A DNA stretch of 64,000 nt from a virus: the IMG/VR virus record IMGVR_UViG_3300009167_000007, positions 6,126 to 70,125 of that record; one strand, given 5' to 3'. Positions 55,270-64,000 of the stretch are shown in pieces. The position numbers and the translations under genes are program-made. The notes beneath the pieces are model-generated. The model was given only the letters and a program-made list of their open reading frames with translations, did not search any database and was not told the DNA's origin. Position 1 is the first letter of the stretch. Each line of letters starts with the position of its first letter.

Positions 55270-57078
55270 ATGGCTTCTCAAACGACCTTCCCAGGCTTCA
55301 ATGCCGACAACTGCACGCCCAAGTTCTACGGCGTCGACGGCAGCACTGGTTGCACGCTGACCCGCGCTGACATCCGGCCCTTCACCAAGGACGACTTCGC
55401 CGCCCAGGAGTTCAAGGAAGTGGGCATGGACAGGATCATCGCCTCGACCAAGGAGGCCCGGATGATTGGCGTCCCGCAGCAGTCCCTCATGGACCTCCTC
55501 CTGTCGCGCCACGCCCCGATGCGCGGTGGCTCCCCGGGGCAGGACCAATCCATCGTTGCCCCCTACCGGCTGGTTCCACGCCGGACGATGGTCAACATCA
55601 ACTACTTCCTCGTGAACGCTGGCAGCGCCACGGCACCTGCCGATCCCGCAACGCCATGGCCCAGCTCGTTCCCGGCAACGACCTGGTTCGTCACGGTCGC
55701 CATCAGCACTGGTGCGTTCGGCAGCGCCGTGCAGAACATCGAGAAGTATTTCCTTCCGGGCATGTACGTGTACATCGAAACCACAGCGCGCCATGTGGGC
55801 AGTGCCTGGCAGACCTTTGTTGGAGCCGGCCAGGAAGACAGCTCGGTCGGCCCTGTGGGGTATCGCGTTGTCTCCGCCGTCGGGAAATCAGGAGATACGA
55901 ATACGGCGTATGTCGCGTTGGCACCGGTGGCGTTCCAGTCCTACGAGGCGACGCTGTCGGCATGGGAAACCCTCAAGGCGAACGTGACTCCGCCCAGTAG
56001 CGGGAAGCCTTCTCCGGCAGCCGAAACCGATGCCGTCGAAGTCACCAAGGGCACGCTGCTCATCGGCGTCAACAGCGTCTCGGACAAGGAAGCCTGGTGC
56101 TACCAGCCTCCGGCCCTGAACAACCTCGGGCTCATCGAGTACTGGCGGCAGACGTACCGCTGGACGCACCAGTACAACGACGAGTACCTCAAGGCGCTCA
56201 CCGCCCCGCTGACCTCCGACTTCTTCAAGAAATTCCGCACCCTGCCCATCGCCGAACAACGCCGGCAGCAGGAGGCGATCATGCAGAACTGGTACTACAA
56301 CACCGTGTTCTACGGGACGCGCATCAGCGACAAGCAGACCATCAACACCTGGAACCAGCTCCCGGCAGTGGACGATGTGACCAACCCGGGTTGCACGCTG
56401 GAGTACAAGTCCAACACGCTCGGCATCCGCACCCAGCTCGGCGAGTGCGGCAAGGTGCAGGACATGAACGGCGGCGCGCTGAACATGGACGCGATCTTCG
56501 ACCTGTGCTACAACCTCAAGCGCGAGCGCGGGAACGACGGCACCGACGTCACGGTCATCGACTTCATGACCGACCGGTACACGAAGGGCCTGATTCGCAG
56601 CGTGATGGTGGCGTACTACAAGGCGAAGTACAACGTCACCAGCCTGGACATCACCATGCAGGGCAACCAGAAGCTCGTGGATTCCGTCACGAAGAAGACG
56701 GTGTTCGAGTACGACATCTACGACCTTCCGGATCACGGCGTGCAGTTCTCGGTGTTCACGCACACCTACTTCGACGACCGCATCGGGGCGTCCCAGTCGC
56801 TCGGAGCCAACTCCGGAACGAAGAACCGGGCGCGTTCGCTGTGGGCCATCGACTGGTCCGACATTCTCATTGGCGTGCTGGGGAATCGTTCCGTGACCCG
56901 GCAGACCAATGTGGCGGACGATTTGTACAACTGCGTCATTAGTCCGAACATCAACCACTACAAGTTGAACTCGCGGACCATCGAGGTTCAGGTGGGCAAC
57001 GTGAACCGGCATTACCTCTACGAGAACTTCGCCGAGATTTGCCCGACGGCAACGGCAACGGTCTGCACCGTGAGCTGA
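55270..57078 (+). CDS. Major capsid protein (large, with insertion domain)
   Basis: Position after scaffold, strong codon bias, QTYR..FYG..TLGIRTQL pattern. Confidence 0.75.
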   Translation: MASQTTFPGFNADNCTPKFYGVDGSTGCTLTRADIRPFTKDDFAAQEFKEVGMDRIIASTKEARMIGVPQQSLMDLLLSRHAPMRGGSPGQDQSIVAPYRLVPRRTMVNINYFLVNAGSATAPADPATPWPSSFPATTWFVTVAISTGAFGSAVQNIEKYFLPGMYVYIETTARHVGSAWQTFVGAGQEDSSVGPVGYRVVSAVGKSGDTNTAYVALAPVAFQSYEATLSAWETLKANVTPPSSGKPSPAAETDAVEVTKGTLLIGVNSVSDKEAWCYQPPALNNLGLIEYWRQTYRWTHQYNDEYLKALTAPLTSDFFKKFRTLPIAEQRRQQEAIMQNWYYNTVFYGTRISDKQTINTWNQLPAVDDVTNPGCTLEYKSNTLGIRTQLGECGKVQDMNGGALNMDAIFDLCYNLKRERGNDGTDVTVIDFMTDRYTKGLIRSVMVAYYKAKYNVTSLDITMQGNQKLVDSVTKKTVFEYDIYDLPDHGVQFSVFTHTYFDDRIGASQSLGANSGTKNRARSLWAIDWSDILIGVLGNRSVTRQTNVADDLYNCVISPNINHYKLNSRTIEVQVGNVNRHYLYENFAEICPTATATVCTVS

Positions 57079-57119
57079 TTTACCGGATCACCAGACGAAG
57101 CAATCAACGCTTAAAACTT

Positions 57120-57548
57120 ATGGCATACAGCAAAGTTCCTCAAAACTCTCAGGTCGGTGCGACGCAGATTCCGGAGCAGATCATGGCCGGAAGCTACATC
57201 TTCGCCGGCCCGGTCAAGTTCAACATGGCCCAGACTGAGTCTGTCCTGACGGTAGCTGCCGCCGGAACCAGCCAGGCCACCGCCGCTCCAATCGGGGCGT
57301 ATGGCTCCGTCAACGTCACCGGAGCCGACGCCACCGCCGGTGTGATTTTGCCGAAGTCCCCCGCCGGAACCTCGATCACCATCTACAGCGCTGCCGCCAC
57401 CAACGTCCTGAAGGTTTATCCGCACGTCGGCGGCGACATCAATGACGGAACACCCAACGCAGCGGTGTCCATCACTGCCAGAACACCATCGAAATTCACC
57501 AACATCGACGGCACGACTTGGGCCGGCGGGTTTGTGGCTGCTATTTGA
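57120..57548 (+). CDS. Head decoration/fibre-like structural protein
   Basis: AAGTSQATA..VT..GVILP..G..LKVYP..G.IN pattern. Confidence 0.65.
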   Translation: MAYSKVPQNSQVGATQIPEQIMAGSYIFAGPVKFNMAQTESVLTVAAAGTSQATAAPIGAYGSVNVTGADATAGVILPKSPAGTSITIYSAAATNVLKVYPHVGGDINDGTPNAAVSITARTPSKFTNIDGTTWAGGFVAAI

Positions 57549-57581
57549 GGTCTTCGGGGGGCGCTCTCCTCCTCCTGGACT

Positions 57582-57632
57582 GAGCCCGGGGTGTTGCGGT
57601 TTGCGGTGCCGCCGCTCCGGGCTCTTTCCTTT
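57582..57632 (+). terminator. Hairpin with pyrimidine tail after the capsid genes
   Basis: gagcccgg/ccgggctc stem then tttccttt. Confidence 0.45.
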
Positions 57633-57671
57633 CTGGACACGGGAAACGCGCTGCCGCATCTTCGCCGGGAT

Positions 57672-58076
57672 ATGCCAGCATTCTTCTGTGTGGTCGCCAC
57701 AGACAGCACGCCCACCTTTGAGCCGCTTGGGCAATGCCAGGGGAAGTGGTACGGGGTGGCCCAGGTGGAGGACGAAAAGGAGATCGAGCGCCTGCGCAAG
57801 CTCAAGAAGCAGGAAATCACGGAGGCCGAGTTCGCGGAAGCCGTGAAAAAAAAAGCCACATTGCAGCAGGGGTATCAGGACTTCAGGGAGGTTCCGGTGG
57901 CCACGGTTGCGGAACTTGTGGCAAAGCGCCCATCATCCGGCACTGACGCTGGTGCCGCCGCCACCCCGGTCGCAACATCCAAGCCAGCCGCGATTCCGAC
58001 CGCAACGATTCAGCAACCGAAGACCATTCCACCGCGCCGCAAATCCTTCACCGTTCCCGAACTCAAGAACCCATAG
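57672..58076 (+). CDS. Hypothetical structural-operon protein with internal A9 run
   Basis: ATG at 57672; nine consecutive A at 57846-57854. Confidence 0.65.
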   Translation: MPAFFCVVATDSTPTFEPLGQCQGKWYGVAQVEDEKEIERLRKLKKQEITEAEFAEAVKKKATLQQGYQDFREVPVATVAELVAKRPSSGTDAGAAATPVATSKPAAIPTATIQQPKTIPPRRKSFTVPELKNP

Positions 58077-58082
58077 CCATCA

Positions 58083-59981
58083 ATGCAATGGTCTGATTTC
58101 AAGTCCAAGCTCGACGCGTTGCTTGCCGTTGAGCGCCGGCGGTTGGGGATTCAGCCATCCATCGACCAGCAAATCAGGCTTGGGGTTGGGGACGTGCAGC
58201 GTTTGCTGGACCACTACCGCACCGGGATTGTCACCACGTTCGACCACGACGATCTCCAGCGCGACGGGCACGCATCCAAGGGGCGAATTCCGTCGGGTGC
58301 GAATCTTCGAGAAGCCTACCACGTCAAGACGGGAACCATCTGGGTCCGCCGACCGCTCAGGCCCTACGAGTTCTCGAACCGGAACGACCTGCGCGCCGGA
58401 GTCGTGGACTTTGGGGAGGGCAATTTCCGGATCGCCATCGATCACCGCGGCAGTCGCGACTTCTGGGTCTACCCCAGGGTAACACCGGGCTACGCCGTCC
58501 AGTTCGTCTGGGATGCCATTCTGGGTCGCGGCGACATCGAATACGCCGATACCGACTGGGTTCCGTTTGACGAGCCCGTGATCCAGCTCGTGTACGACTG
58601 GGTGAAGCGGTTCCTGTCCGTCGAGGTGGACAAAGACCCCAAGACCGCCCAGGTCCACGAACTGAACTACCGCAAGGGCATTGCGACGCTGTACTCCGAA
58701 ACCCAGGAACGATTGCGCATCAAGCACGCCGTCAGTGACGCGGAATGTGTTCCCGAGCCGTGCGGGCGGTGCCACAACACGCCATGTTCGTGCGGGCTTC
58801 CGATGATTTCCTGCGACGGAACCATCCCGCTTTATCCGGATGGAACCGTTCCGATCTGCCCAGACGGATACCCTGTCACGTGCCCGGAGATTACCATGCC
58901 GCAAACCTCGTGGGTCATGTTCGGAGATTCTGGTGAACGATCCGTGATTGCTGACACCATTGCTGTCGCCACCTCCGTGCAGGCGTACCAGCCGGAGTTC
59001 ATCCTTCACCTCGGAGACGCTTCCTACCCCACCAGCCAGCGACCGGGATACTCGGGGTCTAGCGGATCGTCGGTGCCATCGTCGGCTGGCGGCTCGGCGC
59101 ACATCCTCCACGACCTGTTCGTGAAGCACTACTGGAACTTCATCCGGGCGGAGAAGATGTACATCGCCTTCGGAAATCACGACCTGGAGACGGATTACGG
59201 CAGGCCGACACTGAACGTCCTGCCGAACGTCGAGGCCCTGATTGGACAGGAGAACCTGGACCGCGAAGTCCTGATGTACGAGTTCGCCTCCGGACCGGTC
59301 CGGTTCTTCGTCCTGAACAGCGGCTGGGGTGACGATGACACGAACATCCGCATGGACATCCAGACCCCCTGGCTTCAGGAGCGCGTCGCCGCCGCCGCCG
59401 AACCCTGGCTGCTCGTCGTCTTCCACCGACCGGCGTACACCTCGGACTCCAGCCACCACCCCGGCTCGGCGTTGATGAAGACCCTCACCGACCAGTTGCC
59501 GGCGATGGGGGTTGATCTGGTCGTCTGCGCCCACGGTCACAACTACGAGCGCATCATGGACCCCAACGGATTGACGCACGTCATCTGTGGTCTGGGCGGT
59601 GCCTACAAACGCGGCCAGGCAGATCCGGTCACCATCACCGGTTCCCAGTTCTTCTACTCCACCAAGAACGGGTTTCTGTCCTTCACCGCCGATAACGAAA
59701 CCCTGAAATGGGAGTTCCGCACCGTCGACAACCAGATCGTCGACAGCATGGTCCTGGCCAAGGAAGACTCAGGATTCATCCCGCCGGTCGTTTACCCGGA
59801 AACATCTCCTCCGACCTCCACCAGCGCCATTGCCGCGCCGCCCGGGGCTGCTCCCCCTGAAGGGAACATCGTCGGGCTGGTCCGTGGTCAGATTTACAGC
59901 CAGCTTGATCCCACGGGAACATACAAGCTCAGGGACTGGGTGTTCGACGGACAGTCCGGACTCAAAACTGGATGGGTTTGA
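58083..59981 (+). CDS. Connector/adaptor-like domain fused to calcineurin-like metallophosphoesterase
   Basis: FGDSG, LGDASY, GNHD, FH, AHGHNYER motifs; N-terminal ~220 aa assigned by position only. Confidence 0.8.
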   Translation: MQWSDFKSKLDALLAVERRRLGIQPSIDQQIRLGVGDVQRLLDHYRTGIVTTFDHDDLQRDGHASKGRIPSGANLREAYHVKTGTIWVRRPLRPYEFSNRNDLRAGVVDFGEGNFRIAIDHRGSRDFWVYPRVTPGYAVQFVWDAILGRGDIEYADTDWVPFDEPVIQLVYDWVKRFLSVEVDKDPKTAQVHELNYRKGIATLYSETQERLRIKHAVSDAECVPEPCGRCHNTPCSCGLPMISCDGTIPLYPDGTVPICPDGYPVTCPEITMPQTSWVMFGDSGERSVIADTIAVATSVQAYQPEFILHLGDASYPTSQRPGYSGSSGSSVPSSAGGSAHILHDLFVKHYWNFIRAEKMYIAFGNHDLETDYGRPTLNVLPNVEALIGQENLDREVLMYEFASGPVRFFVLNSGWGDDDTNIRMDIQTPWLQERVAAAAEPWLLVVFHRPAYTSDSSHHPGSALMKTLTDQLPAMGVDLVVCAHGHNYERIMDPNGLTHVICGLGGAYKRGQADPVTITGSQFFYSTKNGFLSFTADNETLKWEFRTVDNQIVDSMVLAKEDSGFIPPVVYPETSPPTSTSAIAAPPGAAPPEGNIVGLVRGQIYSQLDPTGTYKLRDWVFDGQSGLKTGWV

Positions 59982-60925
59982 TCCTCACCAAACGCCGGGC
60001 GGTCAAGGAGAGACGGCTGACGGTTGACGATGTGATCCGGTTTTACGCGGACAGGAGTTCGCGCAAGCCGCCAAACGAGTTCATCTTCGAGCCCGAGGAG
60101 CGCACCCTGACCAACACCCCCACCGGAATCGGGGATGCGGTCATGCTCACGGACATCGAGCGCTCGGCCAACCACTCCGGAAGCCAGGCGACGAGCTGGC
60201 TGTGCTGCGAAGCCTTCGACTGCCTGCGCCGCCTGAATCCGTACCACCGCGACATCCAGCAGGTCCAGTGGGTCAGTATCTCGGCGATGCAGGCGAGGTA
60301 CGACTTGGGACCCGGGCACACCTTCCAGCGAATTCAGCGGATGTTCGGGCTTCCCGTGCAGATCGTTCCGAGCGGATGCATCGTGGTTCCGGAGAGGCCC
60401 GTTTCAGGCAGGGTATCACTGCATCTCGTCCCCGGAGCGCACGCGCAGTACCAGACGCAATTCCACCCAAGGCCGCGCCAGGTGTACCACGAAAATCTCA
60501 AGGTAATCCGCCAGTTCATCAATACGCACCAGGAGCTGTCGTTCTTCGAGGTGGGCGGGAATGTCCTCGGCGACATCGTACCGAACATGCATGGAGCCTC
60601 GCTGAAGTCCACGATCCACGAGATGGCGAAGTGCGTTCTCCACATCGGGATCGTATCTGGACCGTACCACATTGCCCAGGCGCTGGGGGTGCGCACGATT
60701 GTGATTTTGAATTTCCCGAATCCGTGGGAACTCATGCTGCCGGTGCTGCGCAATGTGGACATCGTTGAAGCGGAGTGGCTATACCCGTCGAGCCACATCC
60801 TCCACCAGGACGAAGATTCGCTGCACTGGCCGAAGTTCAGTCTGCGCAATCTGGAGCGGGCCTACCACCAGGAGACTTTTCCGTACGACAACCCAATGAA
60901 GTTCATGAACCTGATTGCCGCATGA
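59972..60925 (+). CDS. GT9/heptosyltransferase-like glycosyltransferase
   Basis: GIGDAVM and GIVSGPYHIAQALGVRTIVI. Confidence 0.75.
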   Translation: MGLILTKRRAVKERRLTVDDVIRFYADRSSRKPPNEFIFEPEERTLTNTPTGIGDAVMLTDIERSANHSGSQATSWLCCEAFDCLRRLNPYHRDIQQVQWVSISAMQARYDLGPGHTFQRIQRMFGLPVQIVPSGCIVVPERPVSGRVSLHLVPGAHAQYQTQFHPRPRQVYHENLKVIRQFINTHQELSFFEVGGNVLGDIVPNMHGASLKSTIHEMAKCVLHIGIVSGPYHIAQALGVRTIVILNFPNPWELMLPVLRNVDIVEAEWLYPSSHILHQDEDSLHWPKFSLRNLERAYHQETFPYDNPMKFMNLIAA

Positions 60926-61773
60926 AGAAACTGCTGTTCTACTGCACCGCCGCCGGACCCAAGTACATCGGCTACATCGCCCCGTTCCTGTACTGCCTGA
61001 GACGGGCGATTCCTTACGCCGACGCCATCGTCGACGTGCGCGATGAGCCCGATGAAAAAACGGAGGCTGCTATCGCCGGCGTCCAGTCCGTCCTGAAGCC
61101 CGGCATCACGATCAACTACAACTGCTTCCAGAACATCCCCATGTCCAACGACGTGATGATGTACGTCCGCTGGGCGGTGTTCCGACCGCAGTTCGAGGAC
61201 TACGAATTCATCCTGCATGGGGATGTCGACGTGATGTACGCCATCGAGAAGCCAGACCTGCTGGAGCAAAGGCTGAGAGTTTTGGGCGACGATGTGGTCT
61301 CCACCCATGACGGACTGGATTGCCTTCCAGTGCGCTGTGCCCGGATTGCCGTGCCGTTGATGATCCGGACCAAGCCATGGTTCGAGGCGGCAAGGCCGGT
61401 CATGATTGAGCTGATGGAAGCATTGCTGCAAGGGCGATACCCCGACTGGCAGGACATCACCTTCCGTGGGGATGTCGAGAACCAGACACTGTTCGCGACC
61501 ATGATGAAACGTGCTGGAGTCCGGTTCCCGAAGCACAACTTTTGGGCCTACCACGGATTTCACATCGGCCACGCCCGTGTCGAAGGACGGCTGGAGGCGT
61601 TCTTCGGAGAAACGGACGGCGAACGCATCGAGCACAAGCGCTACGCCCGGGACTTGGTTCCCGTGTTCAAGACGCCGGAGTTCTCCAAACTGATCACCAA
61701 TGGCGAAGTCGCGCACGAGTTCATGCAGGTCGTCAACGCGTGGTCCAAATGCAAGAACCCTGATGAAGCCTGA
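60922..61773 (+). CDS. GT-A-fold glycosyltransferase-like protein
   Basis: YEFILHGDVDV DxD motif; cluster context. Confidence 0.55.
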   Translation: MKKLLFYCTAAGPKYIGYIAPFLYCLRRAIPYADAIVDVRDEPDEKTEAAIAGVQSVLKPGITINYNCFQNIPMSNDVMMYVRWAVFRPQFEDYEFILHGDVDVMYAIEKPDLLEQRLRVLGDDVVSTHDGLDCLPVRCARIAVPLMIRTKPWFEAARPVMIELMEALLQGRYPDWQDITFRGDVENQTLFATMMKRAGVRFPKHNFWAYHGFHIGHARVEGRLEAFFGETDGERIEHKRYARDLVPVFKTPEFSKLITNGEVAHEFMQVVNAWSKCKNPDEA

Positions 61774-63040
61774 ATTCGAGCTTGGGGTTCTGTTCCGGAA
61801 CAACGAGGATCTGGTGGGACCATGTCTCTGGGCGGCGCGCAACTGCACCAAAGTTCCGTTCCGCGTCATCGCCGTGGACCAGGCATCGACGGATCTGACT
61901 GCCGAGGAGCTGGCAAGATTCATCAAGCCGAAGAACGGCGACGTGATTCTACCGCCCGGGACAAACACGGGAGTTGCTGCGGGACGGAACCAGATTCTCA
62001 AGTACCGCACTCCGGAGCTTCCGCTGGTGCTCATGGACTCGGATGTGATCATCTCCATGGAGGAAACCCTCGAACACATGGTGGCATTGATCGGAGAGGG
62101 CATCGCCGGCGTTTACGGCAACATGCTCAGCGGCCGATTTCGCGCACCCGAAACCCGGCCTGACCCCGAGAATGGTTTTGCCTTCGTGGCGCTCAGCCCG
62201 AAAGCACTGCAACGAGTGCCGCGTTTCGATGAGCGGTTCGACATGTTCTGCGACGACTCCTGGTTCATCGACCAGATCATTGCCGCAGGGATGAAGTTCA
62301 TCTCGTGCCGACAGAGCGTTGCTGTGCATTACTGGGGTTCCACGATCCGACGGGGTTCCGAGTCAAAACGATCCCATGAGGTGGATCGGAAAGACTCGGA
62401 TGCCTACGCGGAGCTGAAGAACGAAAAATCATGCGCCGGCAAGTTCATCCAGGCGTTCGGAGAGCTGGACATGGCGGAGAATGTGCGTCTGCACCGGACG
62501 GGATTCATGGTGTCGCTGGAGGAAGCCAGATGGCTGTGCCACAAAGCCGCCAAGTCGCAGGGCAACATCCTGGAAATTGGCTGCCATCACGGGGTCACGA
62601 CGAGGGAACTGGCCATGCACAATCCGGATCGGATCATTTTCGCCGTGGACTTCCTTGGCGCACCTGTCAATCCGGAACAGGCCGTTGAAACGCCCGACCT
62701 CGAAATGGTCGCTACTGCTGCCAGGGGAATGACCAACGTCTTCATCTCCTTACAGGATTCCAGGAGCTTCGACTACACCGGGAAGAACATCCGGCTTGTG
62801 TTCATCGACGGGGATCATTCCTACCGTGCCGTCAAAGCCGACACTGAACTTGCCATGCTGGCACATCATCGCCAGGGCGGTCGCATGACCATCGTCTGGC
62901 ACGATTACATCCACGAACCGACACCGGACACGGACATACACTGGATTGGTGTCAGCCGGTATCTCCGAGAGCTGTCCGCCAACGGCTTCGAGATCAAGCA
63001 TGTCAGCGGAACGGTGCTGGCCTACCTCGACCTCCCGTGA
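61763..63040 (+). CDS. GT2 glycosyltransferase fused to class I SAM methyltransferase
   Basis: VDQASTD, NTGVAAGRN, MDSDV, FDERF; LEIGCHHG, FIDGDHSY, WHDY. Confidence 0.88.
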   Translation: MKPEFELGVLFRNNEDLVGPCLWAARNCTKVPFRVIAVDQASTDLTAEELARFIKPKNGDVILPPGTNTGVAAGRNQILKYRTPELPLVLMDSDVIISMEETLEHMVALIGEGIAGVYGNMLSGRFRAPETRPDPENGFAFVALSPKALQRVPRFDERFDMFCDDSWFIDQIIAAGMKFISCRQSVAVHYWGSTIRRGSESKRSHEVDRKDSDAYAELKNEKSCAGKFIQAFGELDMAENVRLHRTGFMVSLEEARWLCHKAAKSQGNILEIGCHHGVTTRELAMHNPDRIIFAVDFLGAPVNPEQAVETPDLEMVATAARGMTNVFISLQDSRSFDYTGKNIRLVFIDGDHSYRAVKADTELAMLAHHRQGGRMTIVWHDYIHEPTPDTDIHWIGVSRYLRELSANGFEIKHVSGTVLAYLDLP

Positions 63041-63864
63041 ACATCATCGGAGACCTGGTGATTTTCACGGTGTTGCACTGCAACCAAAGCTGTCCTTATT
63101 GCACGAACAGGTACGGTGAACATTCCGGGACGCTGATGCCGCACCTGAATCGCAAGCCGGTGTCCGAGGATGTCTGGGCAGAGTTTCTGTCAAAGCTCCA
63201 GACCAGAAGCATCCGGTTCCAGGGGGGTGAGCCCGCCTTGCACCCGGGATTTCACGTCATCGTCAACGCGGTTTCGGATGACATCCCGCGCCACATCGGA
63301 ACCAACCTGAGCAACAAAAGCATGGAGACGCTGATGCGGGTCAAGCCAGGCAGGAACGTGTACATCCAGGCATCGTTCCATGGCGGGCAGTCCAACATCG
63401 AAGACTTCTGCCGCAACGCCAATCGCCTCATCAAGGAGGCCGGCATAACCCATCTCGGAGTTCATACGGTCGGGGACTGGAATCCCATGGAACGCGAACG
63501 GTTGTTGTCCGAAACCGGTATCAGCGGCGGGTCCCAGGGATTTAGTTCCAACCCGAACCTGAAGAATGTCGTGGCCTTCAATCATCCATCGTGCCGGCCC
63601 GGCGTTGAGCCCAGGACCGTGACATGCCCCATGGCAGCCTGGAGGTGCATCGACCCCGCCGGCGACATCTACGCGTGCCACGCCCTACTTTATGCCGGAC
63701 ACACCGCAGGGATCATTGGGAATGCCTTTCGCGAAGAACTCAACGATGTGGACTTCATGCGGTGCCAGTTCTTCGGTTGGTGCAACCCGTGCGAACTGAG
63801 CCGGTTCACTGACCCGGAACAAACCCTGGCTCACTGCCGGTCTCACCAATCACCGATACCATGA
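63037..63864 (+). CDS. Radical SAM protein with SPASM/twitch-like Cys domain
   Basis: CNQSCPYC, GGEP, C..IDPAGDIYAC..C..C..C. Confidence 0.9.
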   Translation: MNIIGDLVIFTVLHCNQSCPYCTNRYGEHSGTLMPHLNRKPVSEDVWAEFLSKLQTRSIRFQGGEPALHPGFHVIVNAVSDDIPRHIGTNLSNKSMETLMRVKPGRNVYIQASFHGGQSNIEDFCRNANRLIKEAGITHLGVHTVGDWNPMERERLLSETGISGGSQGFSSNPNLKNVVAFNHPSCRPGVEPRTVTCPMAAWRCIDPAGDIYACHALLYAGHTAGIIGNAFREELNDVDFMRCQFFGWCNPCELSRFTDPEQTLAHCRSHQSPIP

Positions 63865-64000
63865 TCGTCTCCCACCCATTCCCACCAGAAGCCAGGAAGA
63901 TCAGCGTCGATCCCGGAGCCTGGTGCTCGATCTACGAAGCCCAGTGGCTGATCTGGATGTCGCAGAAGACGACGGGGAGCATTCTCGAAATTGGAACCCA
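63861..64000 (+). CDS. Class I SAM methyltransferase (3' truncated)
   Basis: MIVSH..SIYEAQWL..GSILEIGT, similar to the methyltransferase domain of 61763-63040. Confidence 0.7.
   Translation, partial: MIVSHPFPPEARKISVDPGAWCSIYEAQWLIWMSQKTTGSILEIGT

Larger units (their letters stand above)
1..64000. mobile_element. Tailed dsDNA bacteriophage/prophage genome segment (podovirus-like; no tape-measure gene seen)
   Basis: Terminase, portal, scaffold, capsid, DnaB/RecT/RusA/SSB, tyrosine recombinase and dense operons of small overlapping ORFs; no host core genes. Confidence 0.95.

Overview
The whole window reads as part of a GC-rich tailed dsDNA bacteriophage or prophage; no host housekeeping genes, rRNA, tRNA or CRISPR array were seen, and genes are cut at both edges. 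Layout: (1) 1-5952 on +: the end of a very large helical virion/ejection-type protein and an HTH protein (small-terminase candidate). (2) 6.1-26.1 kb on -: early/accessory block with a tyrosine recombinase, two ADP-ribosyltransferase-like genes, two separate MoxR-AAA/VWA pairs, a nuclease plus adenine methylase, a 3D-domain enzyme, a Lar-like protein and many small ORFs. (3) 26.1-27.2 kb: non-coding region with a long structured leader, a G-tract inside an inverted repeat, and short repeats. (4) 27.2-43.8 kb on -: replication/recombination block (DHH phosphoesterase, HU-like protein, DnaB, initiator with iterons, HNH, ParB-methylase, SSB, Cas4-like exonuclease, RecT, RusA). (5) 44-49.2 kb on +: exported/surface-protein cassette with fibritin foldon motifs, two PEP-CTERM proteins and a small lipoprotein. 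(6) Inverted large terminase, then portal, scaffold, major capsid, a connector-phosphatase fusion, and a glycosyltransferase/methyltransferase/radical-SAM cluster. The PEP-CTERM proteins suggest a Gram-negative host with an exosortase, possibly Verrucomicrobia (inference). Most notable: the surface-protein cassette, the putative virion-modification cluster, a palindrome ACCCTG-N4-CAGGGT ahead of three late genes, a helical module shared by early proteins and an AAA ATPase, and several structured RNA-like leaders. All family assignments come from motif recognition by eye; no database search was run.
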